Shown here: positions 50,050 through 61,562 of the stretch, one piece after another
Layout of the letters: the number at the start of each line of letters is the position of its first letter
How positions within the stretch are numbered: the stretch's first letter is position 1
Origin: Dicyema japonicum
Taxonomy: Eukaryota; Animalia; Dicyemida
Assembly: GCA_011109175.1 (NCBI GenBank)
Contig: RDEW01000025.1
Coordinates: forward strand, 651,990-715,989
Direction of reading: 5' to 3'
DNA: 64,000 nucleotides
Translations under genes and position numbers: made by a program
Notes under the pieces: generated by a model
Databases searched by the model: none
What the model was told of the DNA's origin: nothing
Seen by the model: only the letters and a program-made list of their open reading frames with translations

Positions 50050-52580
50050 AAAGCTTAACATCTTCTTTTGGCTCCAGGATTGGTCATTTTCCAAGATCTT
50101 TTTCTTCCATCACTCGTCTCTGGCCCATTGTTCGACTTTTCAAGCACATTATCAGTCTCAGTGGGCATCATTTCATAGTCCTCCTGTTCATCAGTTTTAT
50201 CAAAAATATTATGAGGATATGTATTAAGGAATTAAAATAATGTTTGTAATATTTGGTGACGATTCCATCCCAGGTTAAAACAACGGGGATAATTGTAACT
50301 TTCGCTTTTTGCAATAAAGCCAGTTCGCTTGCTAAAAGATCATACTTGTGGAATTTTTCAATTTCAACATTCTTCAAATTTTTCTTGAAGTGATTCCAAC
50401 TTCAACTATTGTTATCTTTCTCCTTAATTTGTCCATACGAAAATGTCTGGTTTATTGTTCATAATCTTTGTATCAGTAGTTATGGTTGAGTCAACTCTGA
50501 TCTCAACAGCTTCATTAGTCATCACAGATTGGACCGAATGGTTCTTCAATTTCTTCGACTGATTGATTTCGAATTGGCGACAAATATGAATACGTTTTAT
50601 TACTTTATTGTGTCTCTTCAAATAATCACTGTTAAGCATTTGTCATCATCTGATTGCCAAATGATCAACTGATTTCTTTGCAGAGTGGAAGTGACTGCAA
50701 CTTGCTCCACCAGTTTAAAAAAACAAATTACAGTCTTGAGCCAAACACAATGTTCCTTCTGAGCGCGGAGAATTGTTCCCGTGCATTAACCATGCGGAGG
50801 ATTCCGTAATGTAAATCTTTGTTTCTTGGAAGCATTCAAAGAGAGTTGAATGCAGACTTCCTTTTTATTTGTTCCATTAGGTATTCATTTTGTAATCTTT
50901 GTATAATTATGACATTTAGGTTCTCTGATTGTTCAATGCTATATTTCCGAGTTAGGAATTCTACGATTGTGGCCATAAGTGTTTTTTTTGATTTAATGAC
51001 CCGTAGAATTTCTGCTCTTCTTGGGCACCAATAGGATTTTTGTTCCAGAAATTGAAAAAGAATACGTTCGCTCTTATGGGTTATAGAGACCAATCCTCTT
51101 CCTAGTCTGTTCCTTGGCATATAAAGTCTTTTTTTGTTAGAAGGTTTCAGATGAATTCGATGACTTGTAAGTATCCCGCGTATTTTTTATCAATGTTCTC
51201 GAATTCGTTTGGATCGATATCGACAAGTCCGATGTAGTAATTATATAGTGACAGTGCATGTTCGTTGATGGCCTTGAACATGTTAGCAGAGTTAAGTTTC
51301 GTATCTGCTAAATTATTTATTCTCTTGTTCATCGTATCAAAAATTGCCTTCAATACATCATTCTTCAAAACACTGCTTGACTTATCTTCAAGCACTCCCA
51401 GGTAGCGGTAACCATCAAGTAACCTTGCCTCCTCAGATAAGCTTCGTACATTTGTTGCTGACTTATCAAAATTCTTTTCAAGTCAAGCAGCTTCAAAGAA
51501 AGCATTGACTTGATTCATCACTCTTACCAATGTATCCTCTTTATGGGAAACTATTTTTAAATCATCCATAAACAATAGATGATTTGTTGCGTATGTTATT
51601 GACATCCGATCTGGATTGTTGATTATCACTTTCAGAAATTTTTCGTTTAATGATTTGCTTAATGCATCCATCACGAGAACAAAGATCTGAGGGGACAGTG
51701 AGTCGCCCTCTTTTCACTTTCACTACTCCAATCATTTTCTGACTAAATGCCAATTTAATCTTCCATTTAGTTATCAAGTTTTTAATAAAATTAACGACCC
51801 AAACAGGCAATCGAGATGTCTCAAGTACTTTATTCAGGAAATCATGATCCACCTCTGATATCGAAAATGAATCAGACTCAGAGTAATTCAAGAGCCTCAA
51901 TAAAAATAAATAATTTTTTGTGGATTTTAAGTAGCCCATTCTCTATTTCAGAAGCATTTATTGCTTCTTTTGCCTTCGAACATAATAATCCTTTATCGCT
52001 AAATTTATTCACAATTTGGGCAGCCGCTATATAACCGTACTCTCTTTTCTTTCCTTAATAAAAGATTTTAAATTTGTTTAATTTGTATAACATTTTTCGA
52101 GTATTATTCTACTGCTTTTAACCAACTGCCCCATCTTTAAAATTATGCTTAATAAAAACCTTGTAATTATTGCATCAGGTGGACATCCAATTGAATGGAA
52201 TTCATTCCTAAGAGATTTGTAGCACCTTTTTTACTGCTCCTATCAATTCGTCTATTTTAGTATAGTATGTCTTTATTTTCAATATACATTTATACAACAA
52301 ATGCGAAACACAAGTCACATGAAATAATCATTGATAGATTATTTTTAACGTTTTACCAGCTAAATATAATTATATGGATAATACCTGAAATCACATCGGA
52401 TAGTAACAATAATACATTTTCTCGTTTTATCTGGATATTTTGGACAATATCATAAATAACGTGACAAATGATTTGGGACGACGGAGAAGAATCCAGAGTT
52501 TTGCATTCGACAAGATAAAAATCCGACGGATTATTTATGCTTCCAATCAATCTTAATGCGAACGACTGTCCTCTCACATC
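50050..52580 (-). mobile_element. R4/NeSL-like RLE retrotransposon remnant
   Basis: LFMDDLK, YRYLGV, NMFKAINEHAL, YMPRNRLGRGL, YLKRHNKV, NKPDIFV, EKFHKYDLLA, IIPVVLTWDG. Confidence 0.85.
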
Positions 52581-52814
52581 AGATTCATCTATTATTATTA
52601 TAAAAACTTTTTCATTTTTAAAAATTTTTATTAGAAATTAAAACTTTATAATCGCTTTTATTTCCTCTATTTTCTGATTTACTAGTGATTTCACAGCACT
52701 TTTGCAAGAAGACTCTGATGGAACAGTCACATTCAGTCGCTTAAAAAATGATTTGACGCATGGTAAGTTTAGCTTATATAATGGAATGTTGGCTTTAAAA
52801 AAACTCTCTTCCTA

Positions 52815-53882
52815 TTAGAGTGGCGTCATGTGATCCACCTGTCTAGGTGGCGCCTAGTGCCAGGCCGGCACGAAAAAGAATCATTTGCTCTCCCCCATTC
52901 CAATGGAGGGGTTTCTGCCAGTATGGACGTCTTTTACCCTTTATGTTGATTCCGGATGGACTCTGTTTATGTGAAAGTGGAAACTGGATACACTTAATTA
53001 GTTGTTTACTTTAACTTCTTTCTCGGTGTATTATTATTATAATAGGCACGTACGCGATGCCAAGATCATGACAAAGCATGTGCAACACGAAAAGTTAACA
53101 ATCTAATTAACGTCGCCCATCTTTTTCGATCCGTTGCCATATTCCGTAGCATATCTAGATCGTCCCCATCTTTAAGGCACTTTCCAATTTTCCTGAGATC
53201 TTCATCTAGAATAACCGGCAGTGTTGTCCTCGGCCGGCGGCGGAAACGAGAAGCTTCTAAGAAAAAATACTCCTCCATTGCTATGTTGGCAGGGGTCCCC
53301 ATATTGTGGCGGAGTATGTGTCCAAAGAGCCCTTTTGTGCAGAAGCCAGATCTTCTTCATTTTGTTAAAAGCGACATTAGTTAGTGTCCTCCTTCGTGTT
53401 ATATCTTCGGTGTCACCGAGAAGGGATCCTAGTTTTTTTGATCTACGCCAGTGCTCGTCGGTCCTTTCCTCACTTCTTTTTAGCTCCGTGATTTCGGTTT
53501 TGTTTGTTTTTACTTTTAATGACCACTCAGCCATTTTATCAGGCATTTTCTCCAAAAGTGCAATTAACTCTTCTTTGTTATTCGAAATAAAGTCTACGTC
53601 GTCCGCATATGCTATTATGCTCGTTCCTTCTCTGATATGAGGCTTCAAGTCTCGTAGAGCTGCCTCCAGATAAATAATGAACAAAATCGGGGATAATGGA
53701 TCTCCTTGAGGGGTACCAATTGTCGTTTCAAATGTCCTCGAAAAAGCTTTCCCAGTGCTGACCATCAAACTCGTGTCCGTCAAGAGTGTTCTGACCATCC
53801 TAATCGTTGAGCCCTCCAAAAAGTGCTCCAGAATTTGCAGCAGCTTGTTTCTCGGTGTATCCGGGGTTAATAATAATAATAA
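52815..53882 (+). mobile_element. Structured-head SINE family C, copy 2, split by an RTE insertion
   Basis: Body at 52815-53030; tail resumes at 53848 (TTTCTCGGTGTATCCGGGGTT(AAT)n). Confidence 0.8.
53031..53847 (-). mobile_element. 5'-truncated RTE LINE with 12-bp target-site duplication
   Basis: GTPQGDPLSPILF, IAYADDV, KKLGSLLG, RRPRTTL; (TAA)n tail; TTTCTCGGTGTA at 53019-53030 and 53848-53859. Confidence 0.92.
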
Positions 53883-54279
53883 CTTCTTAAAGGTAAAACA
53901 TTTTTTTAATTATATAATTTAACTCGTTAATAAAAAATGACATTCTATGACAAAAAATCGCGTTAATCAGGGAGGTCATTGAAAAGGTCAAGAATGTTAT
54001 TAGAAAAATTCCTGGCGAATTTTCCACCAACTCACGAATTTTTTAACAACATCTTTTTATTGAATTTTCCGTCTAAGAAACATTTCAAACTAGCAGGTCT
54101 ATCATTTTAATACCATTTCACAGGTGCTACTGTAAAAAATCTTATTTTCTCATTCCATCTACCAACTGTAAAATCAATAAGGCCACTAGTGCTTACTCTA
54201 AGATTATTACATGTATATGTCTCATTGGGGTAACCTTACATATCGCATGATAACATCAAAATATATAATTAAGTATAAT

Positions 54280-55279
54280 TTATTTCCAGTGAAACAAAAT
54301 GAATATAACTTTTAGTACTATCATAACAACGGGGACCCAGCCAATAAAATACCTCATCAAATCAAGAATGTCAGCAAATAGAATATCAAATTGCTGCCAT
54401 GGCAATTTAAACACAGACCGTAAATTTACAAACTCCAGACAATACGGACAGGTCTGCTTCTTTCCGACAATGCACCATCCACGAATGCAGAGCTCGTGGA
54501 ATCTACATTTTTTGAGAATATACTTGTGTCCACAGTTAAGGTCGATCACTCCCTCTGTGAATTCATCAGGGATACCAATTTTGATGGAACGACCGCAGAT
54601 GGCGCAAATTGAGGGATCTAGATACTTGGATGGGAGATTCCCGTCGGATGGGAGATACTAAATTCACTCATAAATGAACCCCAATGTGGGCAGCCATCCT
54701 CGGAATGAATATCTCGCTTAAATCGCGAGAAATAAGACCGAAGTACAAACCAAATAAAAGGGAGAGGAGCCCACAGCCAATCAGCTTTTCGAACAGGTAG
54801 AACGTCGTAGGGGTGAATATAGGAGACAAAAACACTGGAAAAAACACAAGGAAAACTCCAATCATTGACAGACCACCAAAAAACTTAAAAACAATGTTTA
54901 GTCCACCATAAACTTTTCTTATATTTAATATACCAACAGACCTTGGGGTTTCTGGTGAAATTTGCTTAGAGAAAGACGACCGAACAAAATAAGCAGCCAC
55001 TGATCCAAAAATAAGATAAAATATAATGAAGGGAAGTTTCCTCCATAACAGGAAAGGGGGGACGGTTATGACTAGACAGAGAGTCACAATTTGGTAAGAG
55101 TTAAAAAATCTCCTTTTCCACTCAAACAAAAGTATTTGTGCAGTACAGAATATTAAAAATACCACAATAAGTTTACCTCCCTCATTTTTGTTTTCATAAT
55201 TATTAATTCTACAATTAATATAAGATTACTCATTCGGTTTAATAATATTAGATATATTAGACACATTAGAAACGTTCAT
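54280..55279 (-). CDS. RNF121: RNF121/RNF175-like membrane RING E3 ligase
   Basis: AQILLFEWKRR..SYQIVTL, TM helices, [44 protein letters not shown]; RNF121 versus RNF175 not resolved. Confidence 0.9.
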
Positions 55280-55407
55280 GTGCTGAAATATTTAAATAAT
55301 TATATTTTAATAATTATTATATAATAATAATTTTTGGAGTCTATTGTGTTTAAACTTAGTGCTTTGGGTGTCATGTGTGTTGTAAATTAAATTTTTATTC
55401 CAACACC

Positions 55408-55629
55408 TCATCCGGGATCGACTTTCCGGGAAAGACCACGAATTACTATACCAACTCTTCTACATCAAGACCTAACTTCGATTGGGAAAGGGTTGACGCC
55501 GGCAGATGATCTTGAGTATCGAGGAACAGAGGGAACTGGAAGCGATTAACAAAACGCATCCAGGAGAGGGTGGGACAAGCGAGATAACTTTACTAACGTT
55601 GTTTTGCGATGTGCTTAATAATAATAATA
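55408..55629 (+). mobile_element. Short RTE-like 3' insertion with 11-bp TSD
   Basis: NRGNWKRLTKRIQ..* + (AAT)n; ATTCCAACACC at 55397-55407 and 55630-55640. Confidence 0.7.
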
Positions 55630-56299
55630 ATTCCAACACCATCGTTAAACCGAAAAAACAGTGATACCGACAAATTTAATCCAGGCTCTCAGTTTGGATT
55701 GGTGCTCTTCCCTTGATCCTAGGAAAGCACACTGGAGTCAGGTTGCCTCCTGATCAGACCTTTTTTTGTTATTCCTTCTGATTAGGATCTCCTAAAGTGT
55801 CGGTATCGTGTTCTTTTTCTCCGTAGACAACTTCTCTGTCACTCCAAAACCCTTTTTGTGTAGCTGCGATTTTCTGAGCATAGTCCAAGAGATTGAAGGC
55901 CCCCATGAGGTACATAGGAAATGCATGGCTCAATACATTCGGAGTAAAGCGTTTTTAGTATATTCCATAGCCCCGTTAGGCTTTTCACGGCGATTTTTTT
56001 TCCGCATTTTTAGCATATTTCCAATAAGCCGCGAGAAACACATATGTATCTGTCAACAGGTAGTTGTGGTTGAAACAGGTAGCACTGTGCACACGCTATA
56101 AATTGTGTTTTGTTGTGTATTAGCAGTCTTCATTTAATGACAGGTTTGTACTATTTTCTCAATTAATAAAACCATTAGTACTCAGGCGAAAATAAGGAAC
56201 GAATTTCAGAAGCAATTTCTAAAAACTCGTACATATTTACAAGAACACCTTAAGGAGATTTATTTTGCCAAAAATTCTCTAAGATAGTAAGATCATCCA

Positions 56300-56370
56300 A
56301 ACCGGTTTTTCTCAACCTTTTTTTTGTATCGCCCCTATGAAAAAAATTTTCGCCCCCTACAATAACTATA
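56300..56370 (+). repeat. Possible hAT (Charlie-like) terminal remnant
   Basis: CCGGTTTTTCTCAACCTTTTT resembles CAGTGTTTCTCAACC-type hAT ends and lies near the transposase fragment. Confidence 0.35.
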
Positions 56371-56379
56371 CATTGTAAT

Positions 56380-56758
56380 GCTATAATTAATTGGTATTTT
56401 TTATATAAAAAAATGTTAATGTATCCCTTGGACTTCAAAAATAACAAACATCGATGTACTCAAACGGGTGAAAACGGACACTTCGCTAGAAGGAAGAATC
56501 GTAAAACACAGATTGGCGTTCTTTAGGCATGTTATCCGCTCTGACTCCCTGGAAAGAACCATTATGCTGAGCAATATTACTGGGAAGAGAAGACATGGTC
56601 GATCGAGGACTCGGTGGCTATCCACGGTGGAAGACGTCACGGGAATGCATATATCAAGGCTACTCCAAATTGCGACGGATCGGGGAGAGTGGAAGAAACT
56701 TGTTCATGAGATTTCCAAGGGTCGGACACGACTAAATTGGACAACATAACATAACCCT
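56380..56758 (+). mobile_element. RTE (BovB-like) 3' fragment
   Basis: RLAFFRHVIRSDSLE..GKRRHGRSRTRW..DRGEWKKLV..GRTRLN + (ACATA)n. Confidence 0.9.
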
Positions 56759-56759
56759 T

Positions 56760-57200
56760 GACCTTGTGAAGATGAACCAGATGTTCTATATTCGGGATCC
56801 TTGTCTTCTTCGCAAATACTTAAATTATTCTGCTTCTTACTTATCATATGGTTAAGTAGACTACATCCTTTAACAATAGAATCAAATAATTTAACAAATC
56901 TATCCAAACAATTTCATTGTGATAACCATCTAATTTCTGAAGAAGAACAAACATACTTTTTTCCTTGATCAATACAATATTCATGGAAAAGACGGTCGCG
57001 ACCAAATTGTACCTGTGCAAAATGCAATAAACAAATATCGCATTTGGGCATTTTTGTTTTAAAAATGCCATAAATCCACGACATTTTCCAATCATGGCCA
57101 TTGCATTATCAGTTGCACAAAGTACTATACTTTCGAATGGTAAATTATGATTATTTAGGTATAATTCAAATTCGTTGAAAATAGAAAATCCCATTGTGTC
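56760..57200 (-). mobile_element. hAT-superfamily transposase fragment
   Basis: CATDNAMAMIGKCRGFMAFLKQKCPNAIFVYCILHRYNL (TDGAxxMxG...CxxH motif). Confidence 0.8.
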
Positions 57201-57279
57201 GATTTTTAATAATTTTAAAAACGATAATTTCTAATCCAAATTACAGCTATCGTCAAAATATCTTTTATAAATGGTCATA

Positions 57280-58230
57280 TAGCGGCTGCCCTGACTGCGT
57301 GGATATTCCCTCTCAGAATGGCGAGCGAGATTCGCTCAAATAACCAGCAGCGCTCACGATGGTCTCCTGATCGTATAGCAATCTGATTCCCTAGACCAGC
57401 CATGCCCAAAGGGGAGCCACAGAAAAAAAAATTTTTGATAAAAATACTGGTGAAAATTACTTACAAAAACGAGTTAAAACAATATCGAAAAGGGAGCCAT
57501 GATTATATGATCATGCCTGCCCTAGAGGACTCAAGAATTCCAGTGTCGCAGGCCCAAGGGAACCAGACGTCTCATCGGCGAGTGGAACAAACAAAAAGTC
57601 TTGGGTAGAACCGCGTACTTTTCCCGTTTCAACTTCTCGGCCTTCTCAGCAACAGAACAGGCTCCAGATGCACTCTGGAGTAGTTTGCAAGGGGCAAACA
57701 TGTCGGTGCAGGTGACGTCCCAGACAAGAGGATTCCCGGCTTCAAAAGGGAAGATTGTCATCCCATCTGGTCATTTCCCGTCCCGCCTGCCAAGACCGAC
57801 TGGTTCGAGCATGGAGAGGTGTCCAGCGGCGTCCAAAGCTCGCCTAACGACTTCGTTCAAGGCCATGTGTCTGGGAAATCTGCCTGCACTCTTCCTGCAG
57901 GAGAGAGTGTAGGCCAAAACAGTCGATCTGGTCTCCGCATCGGCACGGATGTGGAACACAGACTTTTAATCAGTCGTAATGAAATCCCAATACGGACGAT
58001 TTCATCATCCAGGAAGGTACCCAAAACTCCATTCGGAATGGCGTTGACCGCTCTCGGAAGATGCCCCCGACAACAAACAGGCGATGTTGGCTAGATGACA
58101 CTAGCAAATCTTTAAAAGAATTCCAACATATAGCATCATCCAGGACCCGCGTAGAGAACACGGAAGGCAGGGAAAGTTGATAAGTGTGGCTCCAATCCTC
58201 ACGAGCATAGCGTCCTTGTCAATAGAAAAG
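57280..58230 (-). mobile_element. CRE-like 3' remnant
   Basis: [67 protein letters not shown]. Confidence 0.9.
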
Positions 58231-58688
58231 ATTTATTATCAAATATAACGATTCATCAAGTTGCACTGAAAATTTTCTGAGATTAATAATTAAAGAATGT
58301 TCGAGATTATAGTTCATCTCGTGGATTATATTTTTTAGTAATTCGGAAGATTCCCTCTGCAGAAATGTTTTATAAACAATTCTACACAGGGGAGTACAAC
58401 TCTCAGAAATCGAATGAGGATTGCCTATATAAATTAAAACAAAGAAAAAACCAGTATTGTATTTACAAAAAAACTGTGTATTTACAAAAAAATAAATACA
58501 CAGTCTTGAATAGGTTGAGGACTTGTAGGTATTTATTAATGAAGTTAGTTTTATTTTTTGTTATGGTTTTGCTTTAGGCTTCTAAAAATTCAACATCTTT
58601 TCCAATTGATTGAAGCCCATGCAGTGCTACGTGGCTAATTGGTGGAAGTTTTCTGATTTTTTTGTTTGTTCCTCCCGTTTCTCTTCTA

Positions 58689-58835
58689 TTAGAGTGCGTC
58701 ATGTGATCCACCTGTCTAGATGGCGCCTAGTGCCAGATCGGCACGAAAAAGAATTATTTGCTCTTCCCTACTTGGAAGGGTTTTCACAACTGAAAGTAAT
58801 GGACTTTTTTTCTTTCATTTTGCCCGGTGTTCTTC
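58689..58835 (+). mobile_element. Structured-head SINE family C, copy 3 (internally deleted)
   Basis: Head nearly identical to 52815-52890; ends near CCCGGTGTTC. Confidence 0.75.
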
Positions 58836-58869
58836 CCCCGTGCCGCGCATAACATACGAATGGCTAACT

Positions 58870-59430
58870 GAATTTTTAGGGTCACATTGATATGGAGTCT
58901 AGTCTCATAAAAGCCCCAGATGCGTAGGTCCGTTTCTGTGATCTTCACAAAACCAGCGCTTCCGTTGATCTGTAAGCCCTCTTTTGCATCTCCTCAATTT
59001 TCCTCATATTTGTCCAAGATATGGACGGTCTCCACGATGCGCATGCATCAGAGAAACATGGCTCGATATACTGTTTGTACACGTTCATCAGGACCTGGTG
59101 AATACCACGGAGTGCGGAAGATAGAATGTTTTCTACGTGTGGTTGTCAGACAGAGATGCATATCAATTGTCACACCCAAGATCCTTTGACATCTGTTGAA
59201 AGGGATGCCGACCTTGTTTAACTTCAAGGTGACTGCTTCCTTCCAATTTTTGTCAGAAATAAAAAAGTGACGTAGACGACTTCTCTGCATTCACCACGAG
59301 CCGGTTTTTCCATTATCAGGCATTAAGCCTGTCCAGGTTAATTTGTATTCTTCTGTGGCCTTCTGGATGTCCTGATCTCGCGAAGCCAACAAATTATCAT
59401 CCGCATAGAAAGTAGAAACATCAGATCAAG
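58870..59430 (-). mobile_element. Jockey/I-like LINE RT remnant
   Basis: TFYADDNLLASRDQD, RILGVTIDMHL; same family as 25200-26370. Confidence 0.75.
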
Positions 59431-59679
59431 AGTCGAAAGATCGGCCAGAAAGAAATTAAACAGAGCAAAATTTTAGACAGAACCTTGCACTGGAAAGAAA
59501 GTCCCCCCGATATTTTTATGGTTAAAAATAAGTAATAAACGTTTTTAATGCATATTTTTATTATTTAAATTTTCATTATTAAATAATAAATTTTTAATTT
59601 AAAATATTTTAAATTACGCATATATTACCTTAAGTATTTTGAATATCTGCTGATGTTGTAATATATTACTATAAATAGA

Positions 59680-60029
59680 ATGGCTAAGAAGACTGACTCA
59701 AAGAAAACATGGAAAATCAAAAAGAATACAAGTGAAGCCAATAAAACACCTAAGAAGGCGCCTAAACAGAAGAAGGTTGATTATTTGTTGTTTTCTTGAC
59801 TAAAAGTAAGTGATCTGCCTAAAATATAAATACATTTGTAAACCGAGAGTGGGATGATTCGTATAAATTTATAAGTGAAGTATTTCCTAGTGAAAGTATA
59901 ATAAATGTAATATTAGACTCTGCCTTATTTAAACAATTGAGTGTTCAACACAAGGAGAATTGTAGGATTAACAATGAGTTGGAGTCTCTTGAGAAAAGAA
60001 AGACAGAACTACTTTTGATGATTCAATGA
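59680..60029 (+). CDS. Hypothetical small Lys-rich protein
   Basis: ATG after a strongly AT-rich island; MAKKTDSKKTWKIKKNTSEANKTPKKAPKQKK, a 21-nt intron near 59897-59917, coiled-coil-like end; middle splicing unresolved. Confidence 0.35.
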
Positions 60030-60079
60030 TTAACTCTTTTGATTGATTTATAATTTTCTTCAAATATTTGTTAGTGACA

Positions 60080-60340
60080 ACTACCGGACAGAATTGAGAT
60101 GCTCCCCTGTTATAATCTTGTCGCTCCATGTTCTACGATGCTTTCTGGCTTGACGAGTTACGTCGTAATCGTTGATAGCACACTGCGGGAACGGATGGTC
60201 GACAAAGAACTCACTTGCATAGGAAAAAAACTGAAACTGCAGAGGATCTGGATGATCTGAGGGCGGATGAGAAAAACAGGGAGGATGGAAACGACTCAGC
60301 GCGTGTCCAGAGATGCATGGCAAAAGTTGGAATCTCAAAT
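60080..60340 (-). mobile_element. Possible RTE-like 3' remnant
   Basis: TRQARKHRRTWSDKI resembles the RTE RGRPRRTW motif. Confidence 0.3.
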
Positions 60341-60744
60341 TAGTTAACTTTTCTGGTTTTGCGAATATTGATACTAATAATAATATGAGATAACCAGTAT
60401 ATCATCGTTGGTATGGATGGGAATATCGTTCAGGAAAAGGTTAAACAAAATTCGGGACGGCAGGAAAACTTTGTGGTACCTCATTTGGCGAAAACTTGGT
60501 GAAAATTTCGTAGAACGCTGTACGATCTTTCCTCGCCGTTTATTAAAGAAGTTCGCAATCTATATTTCAATTTGTTCGGGATTTCTGAGACAAAGACTTC
60601 CCTTATAAGTATCTCCCTTGGAACAAAAGCCTTTTATATGTTAATAGAGCATATCAGGAACTTTAGATGCAGAGGTTTGCATTGTAGGCCCTCTATGATG
60701 AATTTTGTTATCGAGGTAAAATAAGTTGTCGTAAAGAGACCTTC

Positions 60745-61105
60745 TTAACGTCTGATGACACCGAATCTGGCAATCGTGGGTTCGAATCCGAAAGATGGAA
60801 TTTCAGTAAAAGTCAAATCTCGTCAGAAAGATCCCACTCGTAAGGCGACGAAACTTACCATCTTTCCGACCAAATCCACTGGTGATGATTACAATTATAA
60901 AAACTCTTCCAGCGAAGAATGAAGTAATGTCCGCGAAAGTTGACGTGCATAAAATGGAAGAAGAGCAATCTACTTCTTCCACCTCTCTTCTGAAGCGGAA
61001 GTCTTTAATAGACTTTTGGAGATGGATTTGGCCAGAACAAGTAGACGCTCTCCTTTGGGTTCCTTCTTTGAATTAATTAGATTCTAAGCCTGGGGTTAAT
61101 AAATA
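60745..61105 (+). mobile_element. SINE family B, copy 2
   Basis: GTGGGTTCGAATCC B box; aligns with 24415-24800; ends TAAGCCTGGGGTT-AATAAAT. Confidence 0.65.
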
Positions 61106-61149
61106 TCACCGGTTGTGATCAAGTTTAGGTTGAGAATGTTTTAATAAAT

Positions 61150-61555
61150 AAAATTAAACCCACATTGAAAGGTACTCCATGGAAGAACGGTTTGATTTGT
61201 TCTAGGATAAGTTTTTCTAAGGTTTTTGTGGATGCACAAAAAGAGATCGGTCTGTACAAGGCCAGCTAGTCATTTGACCGTCTGAGTTTAAAAATCGCCT
61301 ATGTCAATAGCTTCCATATGCACGGGTTGTGTTCCTGTTGATTGATCTGTCGTATAAAGGCCCATGTTTTTGAGGCCCATGTTTTTAAGTTACCTTAACT
61401 GGAATCCAATGCGGTTCGCTGGAATAAATCGAATTTGTTTTTGAATCGTTTTTCCCACAGCCTCGACTGAGAGAACAATCACGAGAGCATCTATTTTGAC
61501 TTGATGGATGAATGGGTAAGACTCTCAAATTTCTTATGCAGAATGAAATTACTTC
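61150..61555 (-). mobile_element. Jockey/I-like RT remnant
   Basis: WKLL..YRPISFCASTKTLEKLILEQIKP. Confidence 0.6.
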
Positions 61556-61562
61556 ATGACCT

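Noticed and set aside
20571-60860. CTGATGA motifs (20571, 24429, 24593, 60752) as hammerhead ribozyme cores
   Set aside because: No stem II closing onto a GAAA in the correct register; those at 24429 and 60752 belong to a tRNA-like SINE head.
17400-61100. TTAACCCC / GGGGTTAA motifs read as piggyBac or MITE terminal inverted repeats
   Set aside because: They follow LINE stop codons or SINE bodies and precede (AAT)n tails, and the TSD at 53019/53848 shows one is a SINE 3' end. Apparent inverted partners at 41025 and 42125 are simply E-H-R codons of LINE C-termini.
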